Source: Eledone cirrhosa
Taxonomy: Eukaryota
Assembly (NCBI GenBank): GCA_964016885.1
Contig: OZ024742.1
Coordinates: 155,248,001 to 155,312,000 of the forward strand
Reading direction: 5' to 3'
Length of the DNA: 64,000 nucleotides
Part shown: positions 48,429 to 64,000 of the stretch, one piece after another
Layout of the letters: every line of letters begins with the position of its first letter
How positions within the stretch are numbered: the stretch's first letter is position 1
Notes under the pieces: generated by a model
What the model was told of the DNA's origin: nothing
The model's input: only the letters and a program-made list of their open reading frames with translations
Databases searched by the model: none
Translations under genes and position numbers: made by a program

Positions 48429-48706
48429 ATATTATAAAGAAAACGAAAAATCAGTGATGCATCTGGATTTAATTTATTGCGTGTTACAAATGATTCGCCG
48501 GCAGGTAGCTCGATACATGGTCGTTTATACGGATTGTGATAACATTTGCTCCAGACGAAACACCCGTGTCTGAAAGAACCCGCAGAAGTAGAATCAGCCA
48601 GATCCATACAAGGACCATGTCCCGAGCTACATGCCGGCGAAACATTTGTAACACGCAATAAATTAAGTCCAGATGCATCACTGACTTTTCGTTTTCTTTA
48701 TAATAT
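48429..48706. mobile_element. PLE-like pLTR foldback (arms ~48429-48534 and 48601-48706) with hammerhead candidate at 48565-48655
   Basis: CGTGT-CTGAAAGA-(~60 nt)-GAAA-CATTTG-TA-ACACG; perfect 5-bp stem I; right end in (TA)n. Confidence 0.65.
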
Positions 48707-51649
48707 ATATATATATATATATATAATATTTGTGCATGTGTTTGAGATTGTGCTTGTATCTGGGTGTGTCTATCCGTGTGTCCGTATGTGTGCGTGTTTG
48801 GATATTTAAAATTATATTCTCTGTATAGATATTCGCAAAATCAATAGAGTGGGTTTATATTTATATTTCGCAGTAATGTTATTCCTGATATGTTCAAATT
48901 AAACCTTTCCAAGTTTTACTTCGCCTTTTATCTAACAAGTCTTCTTGAGGATTCATGAAGTATAATAATTTCGATAAAATGCATTGTGACATTCTTAAAA
49001 ATAAGATAACTTTTCTCTTTACCATGAATTTATATTTCACATAAGTAGGTAAGTATGTCAGTAGCCATGGTGTAATATTTTCATTACATCCTACGTTATT
49101 GAAGATGTATATGTATTTGAATATATAGGTACATGGACAGCAGATGTTGGAGAATGATGTTGCAATAAAGCGTCACTGTTATATATTCATGCGTTATTTC
49201 ATATTTTACAATGTGTTAATGCTTCATATCCGTAGTTTGTATGACGTGTGATATTGTATAAAATTCGCTGATACCTGTTGTGTGTCGTTGCTGTTATCTC
49301 TACTGTGTCAATAGTCATAAGTCTATGTTTTGTACATCTCGAACTGTATTGACAAACGTGCCGTTTCTTTTACACTTAAATTATATTTGGCAGCTGTTTC
49401 GAGAAACAGCCTAACGCACGAGTAGTCGTGTCGTGATACCTTTGGAGAGTCAGGGAAACGAAGCTAAGTTCAATTATATAAGAAAGATTTTATTCATTTT
49501 TGGTAACATCGGTTTGCTTCATATTTAAATATGCATTTCTCTGTTAATGTTATGTATCATTGATCGTTAAAGATTCCACTTCTCAATCATAGGCTCCATT
49601 ATGCAATCACACTTTTTGACATATTGGGCAAGTGCATTTAGACATAATCACACATCTACCGAAACCATATGAGAAAGATTGTTTGAAAATACTGTGTGGG
49701 CATCTCTCAGATTGAGTTTACTTATGACTCAAATAATATCTTTATCCCACAATTCGTCATCGGTATATATCTTTACGAAATGTTCAGTCACTTCTATGCT
49801 AATCCAATGCGAAAATATTTCAGTTAATGAAATATCTGTAATACATAACCTAATTTTCTAGGAGTTTGATGTAGGTTTGTAGTAGTTAAACATCTGTGTC
49901 AGGGAGTAGTAAGACGAGATAATTATACTGTTAATTAAATAGAAAGTTGTGATTATATCTCATATGATCTTTGCAGGGTGTGTGGATTAAATGTAAAATG
50001 TGAACGAGAGTGCAGTTATTTGTTTAAAATACTGAGTGGAATCAAAAATTATCTAAATTAGGAAATCTCTACCACTTCTCCTGACCTACTAATATTTGCA
50101 GCCAAATCTTTCAAGCAACACCCTATTTTGATACGATATTATGCAATGACAAATGACATGAATAAAGCAACTGATATATTACTATGTCTGAGAACAAAGG
50201 CAAGGTTGGTTTGAATGAACAATACAATTATAATTGAGTAGATATTAAACATTAACACAATAGCATCGTTACTCAAAGCCTCATATTGATATCAAATATG
50301 CTTTTCATTTTCAAGAATATATGGCATATTAACAATATTATTACACTTATAATGGGTTACTAGTTTAATTGAAATACTACATACTATATAACTGAATGTT
50401 CTTTATTTGAGTAAAAAGATATCAGAACTTGAAAATATATATTTAAAACCAGGAAATTAGTATGTAGACACTGAAATAGAAACAAAAATCACCCTAGGTG
50501 AAAATTACAAAAAGCAGAAGATTTAAGAATATAGGTTTTTAAGTTGTTCTTTGAAAATCAAGATTTATTCCACACCTGTTTACACATAGAAGAAATATTG
50601 AAGTGATTTATCTTTCTCTATTGTGTAGGTTGTAGAACTCTAGCGTATTTTAGTTGTTTTATTCCATTTTTTTTTTTGTGTGCGAATATTTTTACGTATC
50701 ATGTTTGTATGCATTATATATTTTTTATTGTAAGAGATTCGCTGAATTTGGTTTACTGTTTATTGCGATTATTTGTTAATTGTTTGATATTTTATTTTCG
50801 AAAATAATAATAACTGTTGGTTTTGCTTAAATTCTCTCTTATATAATGTTTTCCTTTCTCGTTTACTGCAATTGATCATTTTAGTTAATTTGTATACTCG
50901 GATTTGGAAGTAATATTTTGAGGATGGAAAATATGTTTCGTCATCATCACCAGTATCACCACTATTATCATCATCAAAACTCTCCATAACAACAGCAACT
51001 GCAACAGTAGCACAACACTGTCATTATACACATTGTTAGGCATATCAACACTAATGTCATAAGCATAATCATGGCTATCAGTTAAATCCTGTTTATTTTC
51101 CTCCTCATCCCCATCATCCCTACATTTAAGTAACAATGACAAAATCAAAACCATGCTAACCTTGGTATTAATCATGATCATTATTCTTATCATTATAATC
51201 GGTTTTACTATTAACTACGAATATTACTAACAATACATTCACCCACTTCTTTCTAGTGACAGAAGAAAAAACATTTCCTCTCACATGATTCAATTTCTTG
51301 TAACCGGAAGGAGAAGTTTTATGGAATTTGTTCTCCCTATTAGCATTCGAGTATAGCAACCATGTATATCTTTGGCGGTAGGTATTGTCACTGACTGTTT
51401 CACAGGAAAACAGTAACATTTATGCCAGAGTAGCTTTGAATAATCTAACTTTTGATTTTGTGTTTATGTTAGATTTCCACACCTTATCTAGCGAGTTCAC
51501 AGTAGACCATGCTTGTGCTATCCTGCTGTTTATATTATTCAACGAGTTCTTGCATGTGGGAACGTTTTGAAATCAGCTACTGTTTTGAGAACAATTAATA
51601 ACTTTAAATGTGTTGTTTGATCTGAGATGCTGGTCCTTTATTTAGGTTT

Positions 51650-52300
51650 GTTGTCATTTAGGAAGAGTTTCGTAGCTTGAGCAGACACCTCTACCTTGTG
51701 TAAGCGATCCACTTCACATAAATCAATGTCATCAGCGAATTCCATAGTTGCAAGGTGTTGTGACGGAAGTATCGTGCTTCTAACCTTTGAAGGTTAAACC
51801 CAACAAAATAAAAATATACCAACACGTATTTATATACAATCAAGTTCAATGATGAATAAATATGGTGTGAGGCGATACATTCGATGTGAGGGGATAAGTT
51901 GGATGATAAATAAATACGGTGTGAGGGATAACCTTGCAGCACGAATTCAGTTTCTCCTTTTGATATCAATACAGTAGCGAAATTGCTACATGTTCCTGAT
52001 CCATTACCGTGTTTGTGAGGAACACCGTAGGCAAGTAGAATTTCAAAGGTAACTTTACGGTTAAATCTACCAAAACATTTCCGAAAACTATAAACGTCAT
52101 TACGGCTTTTTAGATGATGTATTTCTTCTTCAATTAGACGATGGAGGGCCATGATACGTGAGATGAAGGCCTAGGTGATCTAAATCCCTTTTGGTTTGAG
52201 CGTAGAGGTCGTATGGTATTCAATGATGAAACGATTATACATTTTGGCTGCAACTTGTGTCAGAGGTATTCCACAATAATTGTGAGGTTTCCTATGATCA
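51650..52300 (-). pseudogene. Highly degenerate RTE-clade LINE RT remnant
   Basis: SFRKCFGRFNRKVTFEILLAYGVP (decayed DFxKAFD..ILxAYGVP) and VLQG followed by frameshifted PYLFII. Confidence 0.6.
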
Positions 52301-52970
52301 CCTCTTAGGAATAATCTGCATTTGGAAAATTGCTGCTGCTGCACATACAGGCATCTTAAGCTGAAACCCGAAAGGCCAAGACCTAATGACCTAGCTTTCC
52401 AGCAGAGGTTTTTTGAAATATTTATAGAAACAGGGCCTTGTAATAAAATGATTTTGTACTGGATTCAGTCGATTTTACCCACCACCACGAATAAAAATTG
52501 TCCATGTAAACAAGACATTATAATCGGTTTATATGTGTGAAAATGTGTCGGGTAACGCATCAACAGTCAGTTTGTATTCCTTTAACAAGAAATAATTAAT
52601 TTGTTCCTCGTCTATAATGATGTTAATTACAAGTAATCCATATATTGTATGTTCTATAAAGAAAATAAAACAAAATTTTAACTGAAGAAAAAAGAAACGA
52701 TATCTTATTTTTCACTTAAGGAAATTCGATTAATATCAAGAAACCAGCTATAAATTGAAAAATAAAAATTCACGTATTATGAAAACATGAAAAGAATTAT
52801 AATGATTCAATCAGGGTAGTAATGTTTTTCCTTCTTTCACTATTTTTCTCTTTCTTTACATGTTGTTACAAACGGTGGTGTAAGTCCTACACAATATGGA
52901 ATGACCTTCTGTTATATGTGCTGATATATAAGTGATGCTTGTAGGCACATGTAAGCATTCGCTCCTAAGT

Positions 52971-53041
<71 letters not shown>

Positions 53042-53092
53042 CGCGCACATACAAGCACACGGGTACACGCACTCTCTATCTCAAACACACAC

Positions 53093-53188
<96 letters not shown>

Positions 53189-53614
53189 AAATTGAGTTTT
53201 ATGTATCATGCGATGATGCCAATATTATGTTGTGTGGGGTGAGTAAGGGAAATATAGTGAGGAAGAAAGAGCCACAGATCGAAATGTAGAGAGAAAAATG
53301 TACAGTATATACATCTTAGTAATGAAAGATGTGAGAATTATATTGAGAATAGATAACGAAAAACTAAGTGGATGGTAAAATGTGAATATCAGCGATGATT
53401 GTAGGAATAGTAGGAATATATGAGAGTAATATTTTAAAACAAAATTCTGAGGCCTCTAAGAATAAAAAAAAGATAGAGTGAATCAATCGCAGCAAATCAG
53501 ACAGTAGGATACTGGATGGAAATGAGAAGTCTTAGGTTTGAGAGATATAGAGAAAAATATTGATAAAAATATTGTCAAACACATTAAAATATATGCATGG
53601 ATGTGTGTGTAGAT

Positions 53615-53748
53615 GTGAAGGAACGCTCGCCGGTCTAGTCATAAGGGGACATTATATCTTTGCCTTTCATCCTTACGGGGTCGATAACATAAAGTACCAG
53701 TATTGCACTGGTTAATTGCTGGCCTTGTGCCTAACGTAGAAACAATTA
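53615..53748 (+). mobile_element. SINE 3' half
   Basis: TTTGCCTTTCATCCTTACGGGGTCGATA..TGGCCTTGTGCC..GTAGAAACAATTAT. Confidence 0.85.
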
Positions 53749-53795
53749 TATATACATATATATATATATATACATAAGGGAACTTATAAACACCT

Positions 53796-53970
<175 letters not shown>

Positions 53971-53985
53971 ATATATATATGTATG

Positions 53986-54049
<64 letters not shown>

Positions 54050-56533
54050 TATATATATATAGCAAATCACATAGTCAGCTACATTATGTGTAATACATAT
54101 AAGTAATAAATACAGTCGTGTACATTGAGAAAAGAAAAAGAAAAAAAATACCATAAATTTGAATTAGCCATGTAAATGATTTAAATCAACATTAAGTGAT
54201 TCAAGGAAGTTTAATTAATAACATCAAAGATTTGTTAAATAACTAATTTAGAAGAACATAATGCGATATTTCACTGGTTTTTAAAACGCTCTACCCTGTT
54301 GTTGCTATTAAAACATTTCCTTTTTTAGCGTTTTCTTTATGATTTGCATCGTCATAAATATTGTTGTTCTAGATACACTTGTTTTTGGTGTTGTTGTTCT
54401 AAATCATGCAGGGAATGTTGATTAAGTTAGGCCTATTGTTGTAAATGGATGAGTTTCTTTTCATCTTATGCATTCAGTCATTTACGTCCACGTATATGTA
54501 AGGCTATGTGTTAAATGATATTGGCACAGACATGCTTAAATGTGTATGGCGCTAATGACTTCGGTTGAGGTAAACCGCATTGCTCCCCTTTTATGTAGGA
54601 ACTATAGAAGGTGATAAAATTGCTGTACTACGTGCAGATGAAAGCAAAAACTGAAAATATACATCAGCACCTAACAAAAGTGACATATATTTACCGTCGA
54701 ATCAAGTCAAAGCACGATTTACTTGGCTAAAATTGTTATTTCGGCACAGAACATGCTTGATACAACTGGTCTATGATCAAAATACTCTAAACACGGTCAT
54801 ACGTCTATTCTGAGGTAGTTAATCAATATTACATTATAAATCATGACATTCTTGTTTTAAGTTTTATTTAGCTGCGGTCAGTGAGAAGAGTTATCGCCGG
54901 ATCGTTTTTATGCAACATTATTTCAATCTCTATCAAGGTACATTTGTGAATGGATTGATTTCAATCTAATCTGTTAACCCAATTCTTCACTCGGACGAGG
55001 CCGACTGTTTTGTGATTTATATTAATGCATGAGTATTTAGCAAATACTTGAATACTGCATGGTAATTATCAAATGTGAAAATTATTTATTACAGTTTTCA
55101 TAGTAAATCATAATATTCTCCTTAAAAAATTAAATACTGCATATGTACATTGATTTCTTTCTTAGGGGATTTTTAAAGGATGTGATATCGTAGCAAGAGA
55201 TGATGAGAACAGAATAAACATTTTGCAACAGACACTCACAAACACACACACCAACACACGTACACACACACACCCAGACATACACACACATACGCATACA
55301 TACACACACACGCACGCACACCCACACATACACACACACGCACACACACATACGCACATATATATATATATGGGGGGGGGGTTATGTACTCAGCATCTCT
55401 TCCCATATTTTTCACTAAGTTTTTCATTAAGTTGGTACTGCATTTGTTGATGGTATTAATGTGTGAAAAGAACAAAAGAAAGAATGGATAGGAATTCGTA
55501 CTGTAGTTCTTCGACTAAAATGTAGATACATACATACAAATTGATGCCTAGAAATAAATGTCAAAAAAGACTCTGCTTGCAGGTTTGTAATACGAGACTT
55601 TCGTCTGTGAGAGGTGGAGGAAAACCTGCTTGTATATATACATATACCCATCGAGATAGCTCTATGAATGTAAAGCAGACAATAGAAAGAATATAACATT
55701 TTAGATGTTTAGTATGACGATTTATATTTAATAATGAAGCAATTTCCACAGCTTATATGATGAGTTTGATACATTACTAGATGCATTTCTGCTTCGAAGG
55801 TGACAAACATACCTATCATTTTTTTTTTTTTTTTGAAATATATAGTTCATATTGGCAGTAATAATTACATTTCTATCAGGTGGGTATTTTTTTCTTTTCC
55901 TTCTAATATATCATAGAACATTTATTATCTGAAAAATTGGCAATTCTCCAAAGCAAGCTGGTATTTGACATATTTGCCTGAAGGTTGTGAAGGAAATTAC
56001 TGTAAAAGCAAATTACAATGTATAACCTGGATGTTTTTTTAATGCGATTCTTGTTTTTCAACATTAACATTTACTTACAGTAATGTTTGTATATATTTTA
56101 CTAAACTATGCTTGACTCTTGCTACCTATTGTAGGTTACATGTATATATTGACGTTTAAATTATCATATCATGCGGTTTCTTTGGTTATTTGAAGGAACT
56201 AAATTTAAAAATTTTGAATCAGATCAAACACCTAATGGCAATGCTACAAACACAAATTGAGACAAATACATGTATATAAAACACACAATTAATTAGGTCA
56301 TTTCGTGTGATGCATATTTATGTGAATTCAGTTGGGTGAAAACATTCAACGTCAGGTATGTAATTGATTTAAGGAGGCGAATTACCGAACCATTCTGGTG
56401 TTTTGTGCGATGCTCTACACTCTGAATTCCAATCTGTACGCAGAATATTACTATATTTCGCATCTCTCTCACTAGCAGTTAAAGAAATCGCCTCTGATCT
56501 CGATGAATGGACATCCTAAGATTTCTAATATTC

Positions 56534-56645
56534 TTCAAATCCCGCCGAGGTTAACTTTGCCTTTCATCCTTACGGGGTCGATACAATAAAGTACCAGTAA
56601 TGTACTGGATAATTGCTGGCCTTGTGTCAAAAGTAGAAACAAATA
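56534..56645 (+). mobile_element. SINE 3' half
   Basis: TTCAAATCCCGCCGAGGTTAACTTTGCCTTTCATCC..GTAGAAAC. Confidence 0.87.
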
Positions 56646-57974
56646 TGTATATATATTGGTATATATAAATATGTGTATGTGTGTGTGTGTGTGTATGTAT
56701 GTGTGTGTGTGTATGTGTGTGTGTGTGTGTGTTTGTGTGTGTATGTGTGTGTGTGTGTGTGTGTGTGCATTCATATACAAGCAATGTAAATATCGCCGTT
56801 GATGTTAACGATTTATATGAATCTCAATGTCGTAAAACGCTTCTATAAAGATAACAAAACAGTTACACAACAAATATTCCGCCAAAACAAATGTAGTGTT
56901 CAATATTATCTAACATTAAGTAATCCAAAATATATTCGATAAGGTTGCCACTACTATAACTAGATAGCTTTTTCAAAGGCAACATTCAATAAAACCCGAG
57001 ACTTCCATACACTTTTGACCACGAACAAAATCATAAAAATTAATCTGCTTCACACCTGTTTTTCATCATATATTAAGGCATATCACGACATTTAATAGAT
57101 AATCATTTCGCCCATCAGCACGGATAATATAAATAATTCATTAGGTATTCCTTAAATAAGGCCGTTCAAAATTGCATGGTATGAAACGAATGATGTCCCA
57201 ACATGCTTATAAATGAAAAGGATGAATTTTCAATGGACCAAGTTTGTAACATCATGTCAAGCCCTGTACAAACCGAACATTATGCCTAAGATAACCATCG
57301 AGGAAATATATTACAATTGTTGCAACTCATCACTGATAGATATAATATTTTAATTTGTTCCTCAATGCAATGAAGGAAGCAAATAATCCAATCTTCGAAT
57401 TCACATTTATATACTAATTTGTGTGGAAATACGATACCTTCACACATGATAACAAAGATTTACGTATGTTTAATACTAGTTACAAAGAAATGTACATGTG
57501 AAATAGAGCAAGAGAACATCAAGATAAATATCATAACAAAAGAAAGCGTTTAAATTATACAAAACAAAAACGATTTGTGCGTGCTTTCTGTTTGTGAGTA
57601 GGAGGTGTAAAAATAATAAAATCCCAAGACCAAAATAACTGAGAGAATATTATCGTGAAATATCAAAGTTGAAATAACAGGATCATTCACACGTAGATGT
57701 GACATTTTCCAAAAGCATTATGAAAAGCCAACTTCAACCATTAACGTCGTAAATAATGCTATCGCTACACGATCAACAGGAAATCAGGATACTGATCTAA
57801 TACTAACATTGTAAAGAGTAAAACAGTACTTTTAAAACAAAATTACGTTTCGTAGACATAATACAGCTAATGAACAATTGCTTTCCATTTGTACTCATTT
57901 AATTACTGAGGAAGTGATTTCTACACTGAAAAGTGAATACACATACACACTCACAATCAGCCCCCCCCCCCCCC

Positions 57975-58094
<120 letters not shown>

Positions 58095-58416
58095 CGCACA
58101 CACATATGAGAGGTGTATGTGTGAGGATGCGTGTTTAAATATATACATAGGTATATATAGTTAATAGGAAAGGGCGTAACTTGCAGTTTCGCGTAACGTC
58201 ATGAGTTCGATTACCGAGTTAGCAGGATAGAAACTGCAGTCGATATATTTGAAATTACATGTTCTACTAAATGAAGATTTCGTTTTAAATTTGTACTTAG
58301 TTATTCATTCCCATTTGAATTGGCGCTGTAAACAGAATACAGTGACTGAATCTCATAAAAAAGACAACAATTACACAAGATTATATACACACACACACAC
58401 ACATTCACACACACCC

Positions 58417-58450
<34 letters not shown>

Positions 58451-59454
58451 CTGTGTGTGTCTGCGTTTAGTATGTATAAGAGTCCGTGGGTATGTATCTC
58501 TAATACGTTTGTGTTCTTTCTTTAAATTCAACCCAAGCGCTTCACTCATACTTCGTCTGAACTGCCACCCGATATACGTCGTCCCATATTACGTTCAAAT
58601 TTGAACATTACTTTTTCCTATGACAGCCCTTTCGGTCGATATACTAAGGTAAAAGTAACTTTCATTGGACATATTGTATGCATCTTATATTTTAGGAATC
58701 AATACTTACATACATGTCTTCGCTCATCTCATCCAATAAAAAAAAGAAAAACGTTTCTATTCGGATGAAGACATTTGCAGGAACAAAATAATTTGCAGTA
58801 AATCACAGACAGTCTGTCACCTGGAATTGAGTGACCCAGTGATTAGTACAATCGATCTTCAAACCTGATATAAAAATCAAATCAAATCAAATTTCTCATC
58901 CCAGATTGATTTATTGGCATATGTATTGATGAAGGACAAGTTTGTGTCATTTTATAAAAATTCTATTTTTTTAATGAAAGGAAATGGATAGTAAGTGTAG
59001 AGTGTATACGATAAAGTATTCCCAAAATAAACTAATAAATATATTTTTACTAGAATGTTGCACATTTCCATTTGGGAATTGAAATGATATATCGATTTCT
59101 AAGGAGGATCGAAAATAAAAAAATGTAATGTTGGTCCATGACACTTACATATTCCTCCTTACACGCATGCAAATATATATATATATACAAGCGTGGATGT
59201 TAAATTTCTTTTACCTTTGTGTGTGTATTTTCGAGATGAAGTACATGTTCATGTCTCACAAATATATGTATAAAAGAGACGAGGGGCGAGTGAGCTTTTA
59301 AAAAACACAAACTGAAAAAAAAAAAACACTTTCATTACTCCATTCGTGTCCCGAGATTAGCACTAGAATGAAATCTCCATACGGAACTAAAAATAAGCCC
59401 ACATTCATTCACTCTAAAAAAGAACTTACAGGCACGCACAAGTACACATGTATG

Positions 59455-59574
<120 letters not shown>

Positions 59575-59787
59575 GTGCATGCGTGTGTGTAGGTGTATGC
59601 GAGAGTGATCCAAACAGCAAGCTGTCTGACAAAACACTCAATGAAGGTCTAGAGAATTCTTATCATAGCTTTTAGAAATGGGCATGAAGTGTCATCCACT
59701 TTCCATTTAAGATTACCAAAGGTTAATTGAACGTGGCTAAAATGCGTTCTAACCCAAGCACACACACACATATATATGCAATTATCC

Positions 59788-59843
<56 letters not shown>

Positions 59844-60403
59844 ATGTGTGTGTGTGTGCGTGTGCGCGCGTGTATGTGTGCGTGTGTGTATATGTGCGTG
59901 TGTGTGTGTGTGTTTGTGTGTGTGATTGCGAGTGGTTTCTGTGGTGAATGAATATTTATTTGAAAATCTCATTATATAACATGGAATTTTGTAACAGCGG
60001 TGAAGTGATTCTATTCACAGATAACGAACCAAAGTTTTATAAACTTTACAATTTCACTTAAAAGTACGCATTGAAAACGATAGATCTTTCTGCGTTATTT
60101 ACACATCGCTCTTTCTCTCGATTTCTTTTTTTCTCTCTTTTCTATGAAAAGCATTTTACAGATTTTTTTATTGCTCCTCTTTCTATGAATATTTCTATGA
60201 ATCTGACTGTGAATACTTTGGCACTTACTGAAAATTACACATGCAGTGAACCCTTGTTGATATATATATATATATATATACATATGTGTGTGGGGATGGG
60301 TGTATATGTGTGCCTGTATGTAGTTATATGTGTGTGAAAACATTCCCACAGACGAGTATATATGTTATCGAACTTATTTAATATTTAATTATACGCACAC
60401 ACA

Positions 60404-60455
<52 letters not shown>

Positions 60456-60457
60456 AC

Positions 60458-60493
<36 letters not shown>

Positions 60494-60539
60494 TTATACT
60501 TGCACACAGGATATTCAATTTGTTGGTAATTCAACAAAG

Positions 60540-61365
60540 ATAAATGTTTATAACTGATTCAGACCACTATCATATATAATTTTCTCTAATTTAATGGTTA
60601 ACAAACAAAATTGGAGTTATCTTTCCTTTCTCAATCGTGTAAACATAAACATTCTACGTTTGATAATCTGTATAGCTTCGCTAAATTAATAATATTCTGA
60701 AAACATTTTCAATGTTGAACAAAACTTTTGAATCCACCAATTGTTCTACTCTCACAACTTGAACCACCGATTTTTTAATTAAAATACAAATTCAACATCC
60801 TTCGTAACTCATATTTGATATATAAACAACTAATACATACGCAATTTATTAATATATATATAAATATGTATATACATATAACTTATCGTAATGTAATAAG
60901 ATGAACATACTTACAACCTTAATTCTTCATATAATCTAATTGATTATATATACAATATTATAACTCATAATATAGGTAAATAAATATTTTCCCACAAATT
61001 AACGTAAATTCTAGCCGTTCCTCCTTTCTCTTCTTTCCTACGCATACAATAACTTACCATAATTATTTAATTTTTCCATAGCGTCTAAAATAACCTTTTT
61101 TTTCAGCCCTTATACATAAACATCATTTGCATACTCATCTTAACAATTTGAAATATCTGACTTTTCTTCTCTTTTCCTTTCACTATCCAAGGATAACTTG
61201 AAACGTTAAGGTATATTCTCCTTGGGTATGTCCAAAGTTATAAAACACACTTCGTATTTTATCTGATGATAGCGTACCAACATTTTTGGTACCCTTGAAA
61301 TATATATGATAGTATATATAAATATGGTTTTATAAATATAGTTTCCATTTATTTAATATCATTGT
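60540..61365 (+). mobile_element. 3' remnant related to the 10111-12336 PLE family
   Basis: CTGATGA..GTACCAA/TTGGTAC..GAAATATATATG (61263-61308), followed by TAAATATGGTTTTATAAATATAGTTTCCATTTATTTAATATCAT identical to 12204-12247; 5' boundary uncertain. Confidence 0.6.
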
Positions 61366-61425
61366 ATATATATACATATATGTGTGTGTGTTTCTGTGCA
61401 TCTGTGTAAAACATTCAAACATACG

Positions 61426-61459
<34 letters not shown>

Positions 61460-61469
61460 TATATATATA

Positions 61470-61558
<89 letters not shown>

Positions 61559-61632
61559 GGTAGCAACGCTGTTACCTAGTTTTTGTATTATTTTAGAATT
61601 TAATATTCAACTATACATATCTAAAATCTAAA

Positions 61633-61984
<352 letters not shown>

Positions 61985-61994
61985 CATATATACC

Positions 61995-62112
<118 letters not shown>

Positions 62113-62321
62113 CATACATACATAGATATATATACATAAACAAAAAATATATATATATATATATATGCTTATATTAATGTATCAATTTATTATTCAAATA
62201 TATGATGTCTGTCTAAATGTGTAGTGTAGCTACGAAAGTTTTTATTCTAATTATTAGATATGCCAGGGCATTCTAACTTTATTACTGTTTTCTGTTAAAT
62301 GCTGACTGAAATAGAAAATAA

Positions 62322-62710
62322 AATAATTGTTCCTACTTTAGGCACAAGGCCAGCAAATACTCAGTGCATTACTGGTACTTTATTTTATCGACCCCGTAAG
62401 GATGAAAGGCAAAGTCAACCTCGGTGGGATTTGAACTCAGATCGTAAAGGGACGTAACTATGCTGGAAAGCATGGCGTCCGACCCTCTACCGATACTGCC
62501 AATCCAACATAGAAAATAAAATAATTGTTTCTACATTTGGCACAAGGCCAGGAATACCCCAGTGCATTACTGGTACTTTATTTTAACGACCCCGTAAGGA
62601 TGAAAGGCAAAGTTAACCTCGGCGGGATTTGAACTCAGAATAGCAAGGGCCGTAACTCTATGCATCAAAGCATGGCGCCCGACCCTCTACCGATACTGCC
62701 AATTCACCGC
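62322..62710 (-). mobile_element. Two head-to-tail full-length SINEs
   Basis: Copies at ~62322-62506 and ~62520-62710; ATAGAAAATAAAATAAT-like flank present three times. Confidence 0.92.
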
Positions 62711-64000
62711 CATAGAAAATTAAATAATGGGAAATAGACATGAAATGCAATCCAAAAGTAATATGTACAACATCGTGATTCCTTCCCTATATGATATCTA
62801 TATATTTTCCTTTTCAATGTACATACTAACGTATGAGTTGAATTACTTTTAATAGAAACTTTCCGAAAATATATGAAAATTAAATCAAAATTAAATAAAT
62901 ATGAGCATAAATATACAATTTCTTTTCTAACATACCCATAAGGTCAGCTATTTTTTGGTAAGGAAAACTAGATTAAATCAACCAGGGATGATTATCGTTA
63001 CTTTGTTTTATCGAGACCGTAATGATGTGAGATAGATTTGACCTCGACATGACTCGACCTTGTGACGTAAAAATACATAACTAAATCCGCATAATCGTCA
63101 CATGAATATATAATGAATCATGTTATATGTTCAATATGCCATAATTTTCACAAGATGGTTTGAAAATGTAATGTTAAAATTGAATTCAATTCTAAATTAA
63201 TATTGGATTGGCTATATACAAAATAATGAATCATCTTATAAAACCTATCCCTTATAAACTCTTAAATGTGGATTCTATTCTTAAATTCAAATCTATTACT
63301 AGCTGTCAACACTTTACTTTCCTAACAATTATTTGTACACATTTCTCTTATCATCTACTCATTTTCCTTAATTCTTTCTCTCGGTGTCCATACCCGGGAA
63401 TTCATCGACATTGGCATATATCGTATGAAGTCTGATATTTGAATTATAATTCAACCAAACTGCTACCAATAATGCGTTTCAAGTTTCAAATCAATAAACT
63501 ATCCATCTATTCAACAAGATCACCCCTCTCACTATAGGGTTCACAGAATTCTTTCCGTGTTTTTTTTCAGTACTGCGCTTTCATATATAGAATAATTCAC
63601 GGTGATATGGTTTTTGTTTCGAATAATTGTTCAGCAAGAATTATACGAATTCTCCTCTCACACCCTAGCCAAATAGTGGGTCAGTTATGTGACAAAAACG
63701 CACACATGCATCCACCCTCGTTTAAAATGAGGTTATATATAAGTCATACTAAATAGAAAGAAAGCTATGGAGTAGCAAGTAGTCGAGGCTGTGAGGTGTT
63801 TTGTATTGGCATGCGCACCCCATTTGATGTTACCTAGCTGATTTAGGATGTTATTTCTTGAACCGACCCTGGCTTTATGGTCCTTGTAAAGAGTTACCCC
63901 AAATCTACACTAAATAGTTGAAGGAGCGTTCTCATCGTGCTCCCCTTCAGATGAGTTCTCTGAATAGCTAATCCTTCTACTATGCTACATTAACCCCCTA

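Noticed and set aside
54585-54655. Possible small host exon (pyrimidine tract + TAG, short open frame)
   Set aside because: No recognisable protein or linked exons; expected by chance

Overview
Very AT-rich eukaryotic (animal) DNA, dominated by long interrupted (TA)n/(CA)n microsatellites and retroelements. The SINE repertoire suggests a cephalopod/octopus-like genome (inference). I recognise no host protein-coding gene. The centrepiece is an apparently intact, very young Penelope-like element (PLE, 3731-10085). It has a 1209-aa RT + C-terminal GIY-YIG ORF with a ~160-aa Asn-rich insert and an unusually long motif A-to-B' spacer, near-identical pseudo-LTRs with hammerhead cores, and an inverted 3' copy at its 5' end. 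The window holds about 15 further PLE insertions or remnants from several families (copies of the main family, Hydra-clade-like elements, pLTR-only pieces). Many share a 'tails-out' inverted architecture, with 3' ends fused to (TA)n at TA microhomologies and hammerhead-like motifs, several with a greatly enlarged stem II. Also present are CR1/L2-, R4/Dong-, RTE- and Tx1/L1-like LINE remnants, many tRNA-derived SINEs with 17-19 bp TSDs, and one MITE-like foldback. Everything was read by eye, so boundaries of degenerate elements are approximate.
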